A stretch of 64,000 bases of DNA from an uncultured Chloroflexia bacterium. Its GTDB lineage: Bacteria > Chloroflexota > Limnocylindria > Limnocylindrales > CSP1-4. Below, piece by piece: positions 1-9,448 of this stretch. The stretch is from contig CAVXPZ010000003.1 in NCBI GenBank assembly GCA_963763775.1, positions 192,001 through 256,000 of the forward strand. The letters run 5' to 3'. The position numbers and the translations under genes were made by a program. Under the pieces are notes generated by a model. That model worked only from the letters and a program-made list of their open reading frames with translations. It had not been told where the DNA came from and did no database searches. The first letter of the stretch is position 1; each line of letters opens with the position of its first letter.

Positions 1-415
1 CGCCGGGCCAGTGGTGCCAGATGTTCGTCATCGGGAGGGCCACGTACTCGGCGAACGCCCCGGCACGCCCGACGCCCAGCCCGATCGTGTTGGCACACAG
101 GTGGCGTCGGCCGGCCAGGCAGTGGCGGCAGCGACCGCACACGACGTGGCCCTCGCCGCTCACGAGATCGCCGGGGCCGAAGTCGGCGACGTTGCTGCCG
201 ACCTCGACGATCTCCCCGACGAACTCATGGCCGACCACGAGCGGGGGGTGGATCGACCGGGCGGCCCACGGGTCCCACAATTCGATGTGCAGGTCCGTGC
301 CGCAGATGCCGGTCTTGTGGACGCGGATCAGGACGTCGTTGATGCCGACCGTCGGCGTCGGGACGTCCCGGAGCACGAGGCCGGGGCCGGGTTCGGGCTT
401 GACGAGCGCGAGCAT
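1..415 (-). CDS. tdh: L-threonine 3-dehydrogenase (5' part; runs off window edge)
   Basis: Manual translation from ATG at 415: [13 protein letters not shown]...[18 protein letters not shown]...VVGHEFVG...[26 protein letters not shown]. Zn-MDR motifs (CGTD, GHE, structural Zn cysteines) with Tdh-type SGEGH signature. Not in the ORF track because it has no stop in the window. Confidence 0.88.
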   Translation of the reverse strand, partial: MLALVKPEPGPGLVLRDVPTPTVGINDVLIRVHKTGICGTDLHIELWDPWAARSIHPPLVVGHEFVGEIVEVGSNVADFGPGDLVSGEGHVVCGRCRHCLAGRRHLCANTIGLGVGRAGAFAEYVALPMTNIWHHWPG

Positions 416-450
416 CGTCCCCGTAGTGTGACGCTGGCGGGACGCCGCGG

Positions 451-1359
451 TCAGGCCTCGGACCAGTCGACGATGGGGTTCTCCACGGTCCCGATGCCGT
501 CGACCTCGCAGCGGACCCGGTCCCCCGGCTCGAGGAAGACCGGCGGGTCGCGGAAGACCCCCACCCCCGACGGCGTCCCGGTCGCGATGATGTCACCGGG
601 CTCGAGCGTGATGACCGTGCTGATGTGCGCGATGAGCTCGGCGACCGGGAAGATCATGTCCGAGGTGGTGCTGTCCTGCATGGGGACCTCGGAGCCGTGG
701 TCCGGCCGGCCGGGACCGGGGATCAGCCAGGACCGGAGCCCGACACCGGCCACCGGGTCGAGCTCGTCCGCCGTCACGAAGACCGGGCCCATGGGCAGGA
801 ACGTGTCGGACCCCTTGGCCCGGAGCCACTGGCCGTCGCCCTTCTCACCCTCGCGCAGGGCCTGCAGGTTGCCCTGCCAGTCGCGCGCGCTGATGTCGTT
901 GACCACGACGTAGCCCGCGACGTGCGCCATGGCCTGCGCGACCGGGACACGGTGAGCCGTTCGCCCGATCACGACGCCCAGCTCGACTTCGAGATCGATG
1001 GCATGGGTCCCCTCCGGTCGGACGACGGCCGCCCCGTCACCGATCACGGTGTTCGCGAACTTCGCGAACAGGAGCGGCCGGTCCGGTGCCCCGCGCCCAC
1101 CTTCGGCCGCATGGGCTCGATAGTTCAGGCCGACGCAGACGATCTTCCCCGGCCGGATCGGTGCCGCGGCCCGGAGCGACGCGCGATCCTGCCGCTCTTC
1201 GATCGTCGCGACCTCGCTCGCGAACCGAGCCGGGTCCGCGAGTGATCCCTCCTCGATCAACTCGCGCAGGCCGATGCCCAGCGGCTTCACGGTGTCCTCG
1301 TCCTCGAGCGCGCCGACGACCGACCGGTCATCGGGATCGAGGAACGCGAACAGGCGCAT
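451..1359 (-). CDS. Fumarylacetoacetate hydrolase family protein
   Basis: [55 protein letters not shown] motifs. Confidence 0.92.
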   Translation of the reverse strand: MRLFAFLDPDDRSVVGALEDEDTVKPLGIGLRELIEEGSLADPARFASEVATIEERQDRASLRAAAPIRPGKIVCVGLNYRAHAAEGGRGAPDRPLLFAKFANTVIGDGAAVVRPEGTHAIDLEVELGVVIGRTAHRVPVAQAMAHVAGYVVVNDISARDWQGNLQALREGEKGDGQWLRAKGSDTFLPMGPVFVTADELDPVAGVGLRSWLIPGPGRPDHGSEVPMQDSTTSDMIFPVAELIAHISTVITLEPGDIIATGTPSGVGVFRDPPVFLEPGDRVRCEVDGIGTVENPIVDWSEA

Positions 1360-1371
1360 CGGGCGGCCGAC

Positions 1372-2385
1372 TCAGCTCGGGCTGGGGCTCGGGGCGGCGG
1401 ACGCCGCCGGCGTGGCGCTCGGCGCAGCCGACGGCTCGACGGACGTGCTCGGGGACGGGCTGCCGCTCGGCTCGCTCGAGGCCCCGGCGCTCGGCGTCGG
1501 GCTCGGCGCCGCGCACAGCGGCTCGGGGTTCGTCTGCTCCGCCCAGACCTGGTAGAAGTCCAGGATCGCCTTGGTGTCGAGCGTGTCGAGCGGCAGGACG
1601 CGGTCCCACACCATCGCGGCGAACGGCGTAGCCATCTGGTCGAACCGCGCGATCACCGGCCCCTGGATGGTCCCGGGCTGGATGCCGCAGACGGGGCTGT
1701 TCGGGAAGGCGTCGTAGAACGCGCGCAGCGCCGTCTGGCCCTCCGTCGTGGCGCCCGGGCTGTCTCCCCGGTAGAGAAGGACCAGCGCCCCGTGTTCGAG
1801 GTTGTGGACCCACCCCTCGGGGATGGCGACGTCGCTCGGCCCGTACAGGCGCGGCGCGATCGGCCCCTGGCCGGAGGCGTTGTAGTGGTTGCCGGACGCC
1901 GGCGGGCAGTACGTGTACTTGACGGGATCGCCCACGGTCACGTGCTTGCGCCCCATGTCGTCCTGGAGGTAGCCGGGCTGCGGGCTGGATCCGGCCGGCG
2001 GGGTCGGCGTCGGCGTCGGGACCCACTCCGTGGAGCACGCGAACGCGGGCGCGGACGCCTGCAGGAAGATCACCCCGCCGACGAGGCCGATCCCGAGGAC
2101 CGCCACGACGCCGATGATCAGGCCGCGGTGGCGCTCGACGAAGGACTGCCGGCCCTGATAGGTGACCCGCTGGCGCTCTCGTCGGCCGGCGCGGGCGGTG
2201 CCGCTCGGGCTCGTGCTCGCCCGGGGCGCCGTGGACGCGGACGCGGCCCCGACCGTGCCGGTGGCGCCGGACGGGGCGGGGGTCGCGGTCGGACCGGTCG
2301 ATCCGGTCGCGCTGGTGGATCCGCTGGTGCCGGCAGCGCCGGGCTGTCGAGCCAGCCGCTGCTGCCGTCTGGAAGCCTTGCTCAC
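1372..2385 (-). CDS. DUF3105-domain membrane-anchored protein with Pro/Ser-rich tails
   Basis: One N-terminal TM helix; PPASGNHY and WVHNLEHGALVLLY motifs typical of DUF3105. Confidence 0.8.
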   Translation of the reverse strand: MSKASRRQQRLARQPGAAGTSGSTSATGSTGPTATPAPSGATGTVGAASASTAPRASTSPSGTARAGRRERQRVTYQGRQSFVERHRGLIIGVVAVLGIGLVGGVIFLQASAPAFACSTEWVPTPTPTPPAGSSPQPGYLQDDMGRKHVTVGDPVKYTYCPPASGNHYNASGQGPIAPRLYGPSDVAIPEGWVHNLEHGALVLLYRGDSPGATTEGQTALRAFYDAFPNSPVCGIQPGTIQGPVIARFDQMATPFAAMVWDRVLPLDTLDTKAILDFYQVWAEQTNPEPLCAAPSPTPSAGASSEPSGSPSPSTSVEPSAAPSATPAASAAPSPSPS

Positions 2386-2463
2386 GTGGGTCGATGCCTC
2401 AGGTCTGGGTGGTTGGTCGTGGTGCAGGTCGCGTGGATGGTCGGTGGAGGGTACCGGGAAGCA

Positions 2464-2835
2464 TCAAGTCTCGCTCAGATACGTCCGGACCTCGGGCCGC
2501 AGCAGGCCGCGGAACAGCAGCAGGCAGAGGGCCGCGACGAAGACCGCCTCCACGAGGAGCTGGCTCAGCGCGAGGAGGGGGATGAGCGGGATCGTCAGGC
2601 TCGCGAGTCCCAGCGCCAAGCCACGGGCGGCCTGCTTGCGCTGGAGGACCAGCGTCATCGTGAAGATCGTGTACGCCAGGAGGACCATGACGACGACGCC
2701 GAGCGGACTGACCGGCGCGGCGATGGCCTGGTCGACCACGAAACGCAGGCTCAGTCCGATCCCCGCGAGGATCAGGAAGCCGTAGGCGAGGAAGAGTCGG
2801 ATGCCGCCCGGCATCGCTCGGATCTGCTGCCACAT
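2464..2835 (-). CDS. Small 4-TM hypothetical membrane protein
   Basis: MWQQIRAMPGGIRLFLAYGF...LLRPEVRTYLSET; four hydrophobic segments; TACGAT 9 nt upstream of ATG 2835. Confidence 0.7.
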   Translation of the reverse strand: MWQQIRAMPGGIRLFLAYGFLILAGIGLSLRFVVDQAIAAPVSPLGVVVMVLLAYTIFTMTLVLQRKQAARGLALGLASLTIPLIPLLALSQLLVEAVFVAALCLLLFRGLLRPEVRTYLSET

Positions 2836-3013
2836 GGGGTGCGCATCGTACCCCGAGCCTCCGGCGTGACGGCTCCGGCGGGGCGCGACGCGCTCGGGCC
2901 GCCGGCGCGACGGCGACCCTTGACACTGCTGCGACGCCCCTCCTATCGTCGCTTGAACCGGTTTAGTCGGGATGCGAGCGGAGGCGGACGCGCGTGGGAC
3001 AGCGGGCGGATCG

Positions 3014-4519
3014 GTGACCATCGACACGCCGCCCTGGGTCCGCGACGCGGTCTTCTACCAGATCTTCCCCGACCGGTTCGCGACCAGCGAGCGGGTGGTG
3101 AAGCCGCGGCCGCTGGAGGCGTGGGACGCGCCGCCGACCAGCCTGGGCTTCAAGGGCGGTGACCTGCTCGGGATCACCGAGCACCTGCCGTACCTCCAGG
3201 ACCTGGGGGTCACCGCGCTCTACCTGACGCCGGTCTTCCAGTCGGCCTCGAACCACCGCTACCAGACGTACGACTACTTCACGGTCGACCCGCTGCTGGG
3301 CGGGAACGCCGCGCTGCGCGAGCTGGTGGACGAGGTGCACGCACGAGGGATGCGGATCGTCCTCGACGGGGTCTTCAACCACACGGGTCGCGGGTTCTGG
3401 CCGTTCCATCACGTCCTCGAGACCGGCGCCGCGTCGCCGTACCGATCCTGGTTCCGGTTCGACGAGGCCGCACTCGCGGCCGGGCACATGCCGAACGCCT
3501 ATGCACCACCGGGCACCCCGTCCGACGGTGCCGGCTACGACGCGTGGTGGGGGATCCCGGCCCTCCCGAAGCTCAACGTCGGCGAGCCCGCTGTCCGCGA
3601 GTACCTGATGACGGTCGCAGAGCACTGGCTGCGGTTCGGCGTCGACGGCTGGCGACTGGACGTCCCCGAGGAGATCCACGTCGAGGGGTTCTGGGAGGAG
3701 TTCCGCCAGCGCTGCCGCGCGGTCCGCCCGGATGCCTACCTCGTCGGGGAGGTCTGGCACGTCGCCCCGGAGTGGCTCAGGGGCGACCGCTTCGACGCCC
3801 TGATGGACTACCCGTTGGCGATGGCGATCCTGGGCCTCGCCGGCGGGTCCCGGCTGGATCTGGCCGTGATCCGGGACCACCACATGTACGCCGTCGACCT
3901 GGTCGGCCTCGGCGGCCCGGCGTTCGCCGAGCGGATCGAGGACCTGCTGGACGCCTACGAGCCGGAGGTCGTCGCCTCGCAGCTCAACCTGCTCGGATCG
4001 CACGACACGCCCAGGATGCGGACCGTCCTCGGCGACGACCTGACGGGCGTCCGGCTGGCCACGTTGCTCCAGGCGACCCTGCCCGGTGCGCCGTGCATCT
4101 ATTACGGCGACGAGATCGGCCTGTCGGGCGGCAACGACCCCGACTGCCGTCGCGCGTTCCCATGGGAGGAAGACCGCTGGGACCGTGACCTGCGTGCGTA
4201 CGTCCGGGGCCTGCTCCACCTTCGGGCCGCCGAACCGGCGCTGCGGTCCGATGCGGTCGTCGTGGTCGGCGCGACGGGTGGGGCCGTCGCCTACGGTCGG
4301 GGCGATGGCGACGCCCGGCTCGTCGTCGCGCTCAACGCCGCCGATGAGGCCACCACCCTCGAGCTCGTCCTCGCCGACGTGCCGGACGGCCGGCGACTCG
4401 ATCCGATCGAGCTCGACGGCGCCGACGTGACGGCAAGCCGGTCCACCGCCGAAGTCCGGGACGGTCGCGCCCGGATCGACCTCGGACCGCGGAGCGCGTC
4501 GATCCTCCGCTTGCGCTGA
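3014..4519 (+). CDS. Glycoside hydrolase family 13 (neopullulanase/cyclomaltodextrinase-like)
   Basis: FYQIFPDRF, LDGVFNH, catalytic WRLDVP / VGEVW / GSHDT, IYYGDE. Start GTG 3014 chosen by family resemblance; alternative ATG 2972. Confidence 0.92.
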   Translation: MTIDTPPWVRDAVFYQIFPDRFATSERVVKPRPLEAWDAPPTSLGFKGGDLLGITEHLPYLQDLGVTALYLTPVFQSASNHRYQTYDYFTVDPLLGGNAALRELVDEVHARGMRIVLDGVFNHTGRGFWPFHHVLETGAASPYRSWFRFDEAALAAGHMPNAYAPPGTPSDGAGYDAWWGIPALPKLNVGEPAVREYLMTVAEHWLRFGVDGWRLDVPEEIHVEGFWEEFRQRCRAVRPDAYLVGEVWHVAPEWLRGDRFDALMDYPLAMAILGLAGGSRLDLAVIRDHHMYAVDLVGLGGPAFAERIEDLLDAYEPEVVASQLNLLGSHDTPRMRTVLGDDLTGVRLATLLQATLPGAPCIYYGDEIGLSGGNDPDCRRAFPWEEDRWDRDLRAYVRGLLHLRAAEPALRSDAVVVVGATGGAVAYGRGDGDARLVVALNAADEATTLELVLADVPDGRRLDPIELDGADVTASRSTAEVRDGRARIDLGPRSASILRLR

Positions 4520-4544
4520 CGCCGACCCTATACTCCGCGCTTCG

Positions 4545-5135
4545 ATGGCCGACCTCCCGCTGGAGCTGGACGCCGCCCTGGGGGGACGGCTGGCGCGCGC
4601 CCTCGACGTGGAGGGCAAGATCGCGCGGGCCTTCGAATCGCTCGGGCCCGTCGCCGATCGGGATGTGCTGCTCGTCGACGGGGCGGCGGACGGGATCCGG
4701 GCACGGCAGCTGGCCTCACTCGGCGGCCGGGTCGCGGTCGGGTCGCTCCGGGCGGCTGCCGCGAGCTCGGCCGACGTCATCGTCGGCTGTTGGACGGCGT
4801 TCCGCGGCCCCGAGCCGGGCGACCTCGACGACGCTGCGCGGATCCTGCGTCCCGGCGGCCGACTCCTGGTACTCCACGACTACGGGCGCGACGACATCGC
4901 GCCGTTGCGCGGCGACCTCCCCGAATACGGGCGATGGAGCCGGCGCGACGGCCCGTATCTGCGAGGCGGCTTCAAGGTCCGGGTCATCCACTGCTTCTGG
5001 ACCTTCGACTCGATCGAGGACGCGACCGCGTTCCTCGAGGCGGCGTTCGGGGAACCTGGTCGGGTCGTGGGCACCGCCATGACGCGGCCTCGACTCGCCT
5101 ACAACGTGGCCGTCTATCACCGCACCTTCGGGTAG
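4545..5135 (+). CDS. Class I SAM-methyltransferase-like protein with degenerate motif I
   Basis: ADVIVGCW and RILRPGGRLLVL motifs; glycine-rich SAM loop not canonical; TATACT at 4529-4534. Confidence 0.6.
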   Translation: MADLPLELDAALGGRLARALDVEGKIARAFESLGPVADRDVLLVDGAADGIRARQLASLGGRVAVGSLRAAAASSADVIVGCWTAFRGPEPGDLDDAARILRPGGRLLVLHDYGRDDIAPLRGDLPEYGRWSRRDGPYLRGGFKVRVIHCFWTFDSIEDATAFLEAAFGEPGRVVGTAMTRPRLAYNVAVYHRTFG

Positions 5136-5144
5136 GCTTGGGCG

Positions 5145-5492
5145 GTGACCGCCTCGCGACAGGCCCGGCCGGAGCCGGGAGCCTCGCCATCACGCGCCCG
5201 CCGGATCTCGCCCGGAGTCGTGATCCTGGCGCTCGCCCTCATCGGGTCCGTGGCGTACGTCCTGTTCGCGGTCACGGTGCGCGACCCGTCGCAGATCCCG
5301 CTGCTCACGTCGGGGGCGGTGGTCCTGGGCATCGTCTTCGCCGCGCTCGCGCTCTACTGCGCCCGCGGGACGTGGCGGGCGGGCGTCCAGGCGCGCAACG
5401 GCCGGGCGATCCTGCTGGGCCTGTGCGGCGGCATCTCGGCGATGATCGCGGCCGGTTGTTTCGCGGGCGCCGCGGTCCTCTTCCTGACCTGA
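5145..5492 (+). CDS. Small 3-TM hypothetical membrane protein
   Basis: Three hydrophobic helices; TAGGCT (5133-5138) 6 nt before the GTG. Confidence 0.7.
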   Translation: MTASRQARPEPGASPSRARRISPGVVILALALIGSVAYVLFAVTVRDPSQIPLLTSGAVVLGIVFAALALYCARGTWRAGVQARNGRAILLGLCGGISAMIAAGCFAGAAVLFLT

Positions 5493-5584
5493 CCCACGGA
5501 CGGCCCGTGTCCTGTGCGAGCAGGTCCCGGGACCGGCCCCGCTGACCCCCTCTGCTAGACTCGGCGCGGCCCGGCGCCGCGCGT

Positions 5585-5661
5585 GCCCCCATCGTCTAGA
5601 GGCCTAGGACGCCACCCTTTCAAGGTGGAGATCAGGGGTTCGAATCCCCTTGGGGGTACCA
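5585..5661 (+). tRNA. tRNA-Glu (anticodon TTC)
   Basis: Acceptor GCCCCCA/TGGGGGT + ACCA; anticodon arm CCACC-CTTTCAA-GGTGG; T arm GGGGTTCGAATCCCC. Confidence 0.97.
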
Positions 5662-5669
5662 CACGATCC

Positions 5670-5684
5670 CTCGGCTTCGCCGAG
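5670..5684 (+). terminator. Small hairpin just 3' of tRNA-Glu
   Basis: CTCGGC-TTC-GCCGAG inverted repeat; no U-tract. Confidence 0.35.
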
Positions 5685-5722
5685 CGGCGCCCGTCGTCCC
5701 GCCCCTGCTACCATCGGCGGCG

Positions 5723-6088
5723 ATGGAGATCATGGGCGTCCAGATCCGGACGATCGTCAAGGACAACGTCTCGATCCGCTGCGACGGCTGCCTCGAGGTC
5801 ATCGACGGCACGCCGTGGCGCATCAACCTCCTCGACATCGTCGCGGCCGAGACGCCCGTATCGTGGGCCGAGCGGCCCGTCGTGAACCCCGGGCCGTTCC
5901 AGTTCCACGGGGACCCGAGCCACGTGCGCCACTGGATGGCGGAGAAGGGCTACCTCTTCTGTCGGCGTGGGGAGGTCCGCGAGATCATGCGACCGGTCCC
6001 GATCCCCGCTGCGAACGAGTCGGACGCCGTCCGATGGGGTCTGTGCGACGGCATCCACCGAGACGACCACGAGTTCGTCCAGGCGTAG
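5723..6088 (+). CDS. Small Cys/His-rich hypothetical protein
   Basis: Good GC3 codon bias; CDGC, FHGDPSH, FC, CDGIHRDDH; TACCAT 8 nt upstream. Confidence 0.8.
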   Translation: MEIMGVQIRTIVKDNVSIRCDGCLEVIDGTPWRINLLDIVAAETPVSWAERPVVNPGPFQFHGDPSHVRHWMAEKGYLFCRRGEVREIMRPVPIPAANESDAVRWGLCDGIHRDDHEFVQA

Positions 6089-6122
6089 GGTCGCGCTCCT
6101 CCTGGCCACAGCGACGACCGCG

Positions 6123-6500
6123 ATGGTCGCCGGGTGCGGCACGTTCGGCGGCGGGTTGGTCGCGAGCCCGACCACCGACACCCCCGAGGAGCACATGCCG
6201 TCGCCGGCCGGCCTGCACGTCAGTGGGCAACCCGCGGTCGCGTCCCGCCAGATCCGTATCCAGCTCCTGACCGGCGATCCGGGCTGGAGCCGTGAGGCCG
6301 CGTTCGATGCCGGCGACACCATCGCCGCGGACTTCGCGGTGTCTGACGGCGACTACCGGCTGGTGTCCGACCTGCCCCAGTGCTCGAGCGTCATCACGCT
6401 CTGGCCGGCCACCGAAACCGACGTCGTGATGCGCGTCGCCGACGCGGGCGCCTGCACCTTCGACGTCGTTCGGACGCACTCGCTGGACGAGCCGCACTGA
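6123..6500 (+). CDS. Possible secreted/lipoprotein-like hypothetical protein (start uncertain)
   Basis: Frame contains VALLLATATTAMVAGC (lipobox-like) then a beta-rich domain with two Cys; no in-frame start directly before the hydrophobic stretch. Confidence 0.45.
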   Translation: MVAGCGTFGGGLVASPTTDTPEEHMPSPAGLHVSGQPAVASRQIRIQLLTGDPGWSREAAFDAGDTIAADFAVSDGDYRLVSDLPQCSSVITLWPATETDVVMRVADAGACTFDVVRTHSLDEPH

Positions 6501-6514
6501 GTCATCGACGGCGT

Positions 6515-6544
6515 TTGACAGGCTCGTTCCGGCACGCCTACCAT
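6515..6544 (+). promoter_or_regulatory. Sigma70-type promoter for the HTH gene
   Basis: TTGACA (6515-6520) - 18 nt - TACCAT (6539-6544). Confidence 0.65.
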
Positions 6545-6574
6545 CCGGCGGCTCACACGGCGATCATGATACCG

Positions 6575-6593
6575 AGATTTCCGTAGATTTCCG
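6575..6593. promoter_or_regulatory. Direct repeat AGATTTCCG x2 with 10-bp period (putative operator)
   Basis: AGATTTCCG at 6575-6583 and 6585-6593; AT-rich for this genome; lies between promoter and start codon. Confidence 0.55.
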
Positions 6594-6631
6594 CGTCGAC
6601 GAGGCGGTCGCCGACGACCTTGCAGGGAACG

Positions 6632-7330
6632 ATGACGGCCACCACCCAGACCCGGTCGACCCGCGACGCCACCCCGCCCGACGGTCCGTGGCTGGCCCTC
6701 GGCCCCGCGAGCCGACTCCTCGGCGTCGACCCCGACACACTCCGTCGCTGGGCGGACGACGGGCGGATCCCCGTCTATACGACTCCTGGCGGGCACCGGC
6801 GCTTCGAACGACGAGCACTGGAACGCCTCGCCACGGACCGGCGACCTGGCCTGGGACGACGCGGCGTCCGTCGACCGGCGGCGCCCCTCGCGAGCCTCGG
6901 CGCGACCCCGGAACGGCTGCAGCGAGTCTATCGGCGCAGCTATGCCACACCCGAGCCGAATGCCACCGACGCGGTCGATGCCGCCGACCGGGCGGCCTAC
7001 CGCCATGACGGGCGAGGCCTGGTCACGGCCCTCGTCGCGTATCTCGATGCCGACCCCACGGACGAGGCGCGGCGCGGCGCCACCGAGGCGGACGCGATCT
7101 CGCTCGTCGATGACCTCGCCCGTCGCCTCGCGACCTCGGGGACAAGCCTGACCGAGTCCGTCGCGCTCTTCGTCGCGGCTCGCCGGCCGTTCCTCGCGGA
7201 GCTCTCCGGTCTGGGCCGTCGTCGCACGCTGGATCCGGCCCGACTTGGCGCGCTCTACGAGGACGCGTCCGGCCTGCTCGATCGACTCCTCCTGCGCCTC
7301 ATCGCCACCCACCAGGAGGCCCAGACCTAG
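6632..7330 (+). CDS. MerR/Xis(BldC)-like HTH_17 DNA-binding protein with C-terminal helical domain
   Basis: WLALGPASRLLGVDPDTLRRWADDGRIPVYTTPGGHRRF is the excisionase/BldC-like wHTH signature. Confidence 0.82.
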   Translation: MTATTQTRSTRDATPPDGPWLALGPASRLLGVDPDTLRRWADDGRIPVYTTPGGHRRFERRALERLATDRRPGLGRRGVRRPAAPLASLGATPERLQRVYRRSYATPEPNATDAVDAADRAAYRHDGRGLVTALVAYLDADPTDEARRGATEADAISLVDDLARRLATSGTSLTESVALFVAARRPFLAELSGLGRRRTLDPARLGALYEDASGLLDRLLLRLIATHQEAQT

Positions 7331-7331
7331 C

Positions 7332-8441
7332 GTGGACCCGCACATCGTCCTTCCGGCGCTCACCTCGATCATCGCGCTCGTCTTCTCGCTCGCCCTGTTC
7401 GACCAGTGGCGAGAGCGTCGCGGCGCCTTCCAGATCGTCTGGGCCTTCGGGATGCTCTTCTACGGGATCGGCTCCGCGTGCGAGGCCATCGGCGGCGCGA
7501 ACGGGTGGAACGAGACCATCTATCGCGTCTGGTACCTCACCGGCGCCGTCTGGACCGCGGGTTGGCTCGGCCTCGGGACGGCCGTCCTTCTCGGTCGCAC
7601 TCGGTTCGGTTACAGCTTCGCGTTCTGCCTGTTCTTCGCCGGCATGATCACCTTCTTCCTGCGCAACAGTGCCCAGTACCAGGGGGCCGGGACGCTCCCG
7701 CTGCTGTACTTCATCACCGCCGCGATCCTGGGCCTCGCGGTCGGCGTCGAGACCTACTTCCAGAACGACCGCTGGCCGGTGCTGGCGATGGGCGCGGTCA
7801 TCGGCGCGACGGTGCTCTCGATCGTCCTGATGCTCGGGACGACGCTGGCCGCACCGGGCTACGCGCTCGACCCCGCCACCGGGGTCCCGGTCGCGACGCT
7901 CCTGCCGCCCCAGCTGCGCCTGCTCACGCCATTCATGAACATCACCGGCGCCCTGGCCCTGATCCTCGGGGCGATCTTCTCGGCGTACGTCTTCATGCCG
8001 AAACGGCGCGTCCTCCCGTACTCCCTGGACCCGAACCAGCCCGGCGACGAGTTCCTGTTCAACCTCTGCATCGCGCCGATCGCGATCACCGTGAACCTCG
8101 TGGCGTCGCTGCCCGGCGCGATCCGCGCCCTCTTCACGGGCCGCCTCCACAGTCGTGTGCCCGCCACCCTGCTCATCGCCATCGGCGGCATCGTCGCGGG
8201 GACCGGGGACACGCTGAGCCGGTTCGGGATCACCGGGATGTTCCAGTCCGGCAAGTTCATCGGCGTGGTGTTCCTGTTCGCCGGCTTCCTCGTGTCGATC
8301 GACGCGTTCCGCCAGTTCCGGGTCCCGTTCACCTCGATCCGCCTCGGCCGTGTCCGGCACGAGTCCGAGGCCGCCCTGGCCCTGGTCGCCATCAACGAGA
8401 CACCCGACGAGCGACCCGTGGAGGCTGCGAGCGCTCCCTGA
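7332..8441 (+). CDS. Polytopic membrane protein of unknown function
   Basis: GTG 1 nt after the HTH gene stop; about 9-10 hydrophobic segments; WYLTGAVWTAGWLGLGT. Confidence 0.8.
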   Translation: MDPHIVLPALTSIIALVFSLALFDQWRERRGAFQIVWAFGMLFYGIGSACEAIGGANGWNETIYRVWYLTGAVWTAGWLGLGTAVLLGRTRFGYSFAFCLFFAGMITFFLRNSAQYQGAGTLPLLYFITAAILGLAVGVETYFQNDRWPVLAMGAVIGATVLSIVLMLGTTLAAPGYALDPATGVPVATLLPPQLRLLTPFMNITGALALILGAIFSAYVFMPKRRVLPYSLDPNQPGDEFLFNLCIAPIAITVNLVASLPGAIRALFTGRLHSRVPATLLIAIGGIVAGTGDTLSRFGITGMFQSGKFIGVVFLFAGFLVSIDAFRQFRVPFTSIRLGRVRHESEAALALVAINETPDERPVEAASAP

Positions 8442-8464
8442 CCGGCCGGCCCTACCATGGCCTG

Positions 8465-9448
8465 ATGGCACGAGGCACGGAGCGCCCGGCGACGGCGCCG
8501 ATCCCCGCGAGCGGCTTCCTCATGATCGTGGCTGCGGCCGCCCTCTTCGGGACGCTCGGGCCCCTCTCGAACTTCGCGTACGACGCCGGGATGGAGCCCA
8601 CGGCGTTCGTGGCCTGGCGCGCCGGCATCGCGGTGGTCGGGGCGTCGCTGTTCGTCGCGTGGCGGATCCGGAGCGGGGCGACGAGCCTGGTCCGCATCGG
8701 CGCCCTCTCGCGACAGGTCCGCCTCACGCTGCTCGTGGCGACCACGATGGGGTTCCTGCTCAACATCCTGATGTTCGTCGCGTTCGATCTCGTGACGGTC
8801 GCGCTGGCGCTGCTCGCGTTCTACACGTACCCGGCCATGGTCGCGGCCGTGAACGTCGCCCTCGGTCGCGACCGGCTCGACGGGACGCGCCTGGCGGCGC
8901 TCCTGCTCGCGCTGGTCGGCATGGTCGCGGTGGTGGCGTCCCAGCTGGACCCGTCGGCCGGGATCCGGTTCGACCCGGTCGGGGTCGGGTTCGCCCTCGC
9001 GGCGGCCCTCAGCCAGACGGTCTTCATCGTCATCAGCCGCGACGGGTACTCCGAGGTCCCGAGCGAGCAGGCCATGGCCCTGGTCCTGCTCGTGACGACG
9101 GTCGGCGCGACCGTGCTCGTCTTGGCGACCGGTCGGGCCGACACCCTGGCGTTCCCGCTCCACACGCCGTCGGTATTGCCGTTGCTCTTCGTGACGGGGA
9201 TCTTCGCGGCGGCCATCCCGTCGATCGCGTTCCTCCGCGGTGTCCGCGCCGTCGGCGGCACCCGGGCCGGGATCCTCATGTTGTTCGAACCCGTGGTCGG
9301 CGTGGCGCTCGCGGCGTGGCTGCTCGGCGAGCGGCTCGCGCCGATCCAGCTGGTCGGGGCGCTGGCGATCCTCGGAGCGGCCGTCATCCTCCAGCGCGGC
9401 GGGGATGGTGCCGAACCCGTCAGCGAGCCATGGGCCGTGGTCGGATGA
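8465..9448 (+). CDS. EamA/DMT family transporter
   Basis: About 10 TMs in two repeats; FYTYPAMVA and LMLFEPVVGVALAAWLLGE motifs. Confidence 0.9.
   Translation: MARGTERPATAPIPASGFLMIVAAAALFGTLGPLSNFAYDAGMEPTAFVAWRAGIAVVGASLFVAWRIRSGATSLVRIGALSRQVRLTLLVATTMGFLLNILMFVAFDLVTVALALLAFYTYPAMVAAVNVALGRDRLDGTRLAALLLALVGMVAVVASQLDPSAGIRFDPVGVGFALAAALSQTVFIVISRDGYSEVPSEQAMALVLLVTTVGATVLVLATGRADTLAFPLHTPSVLPLLFVTGIFAAAIPSIAFLRGVRAVGGTRAGILMLFEPVVGVALAAWLLGERLAPIQLVGALAILGAAVILQRGGDGAEPVSEPWAVVG

Noticed and set aside
6632-7330. Excisionase near tRNA-Glu suggesting an integrated element
   Set aside because: No integrase, no duplicated tRNA 3' end, host-like composition, and the protein has a regulator-type extra domain.
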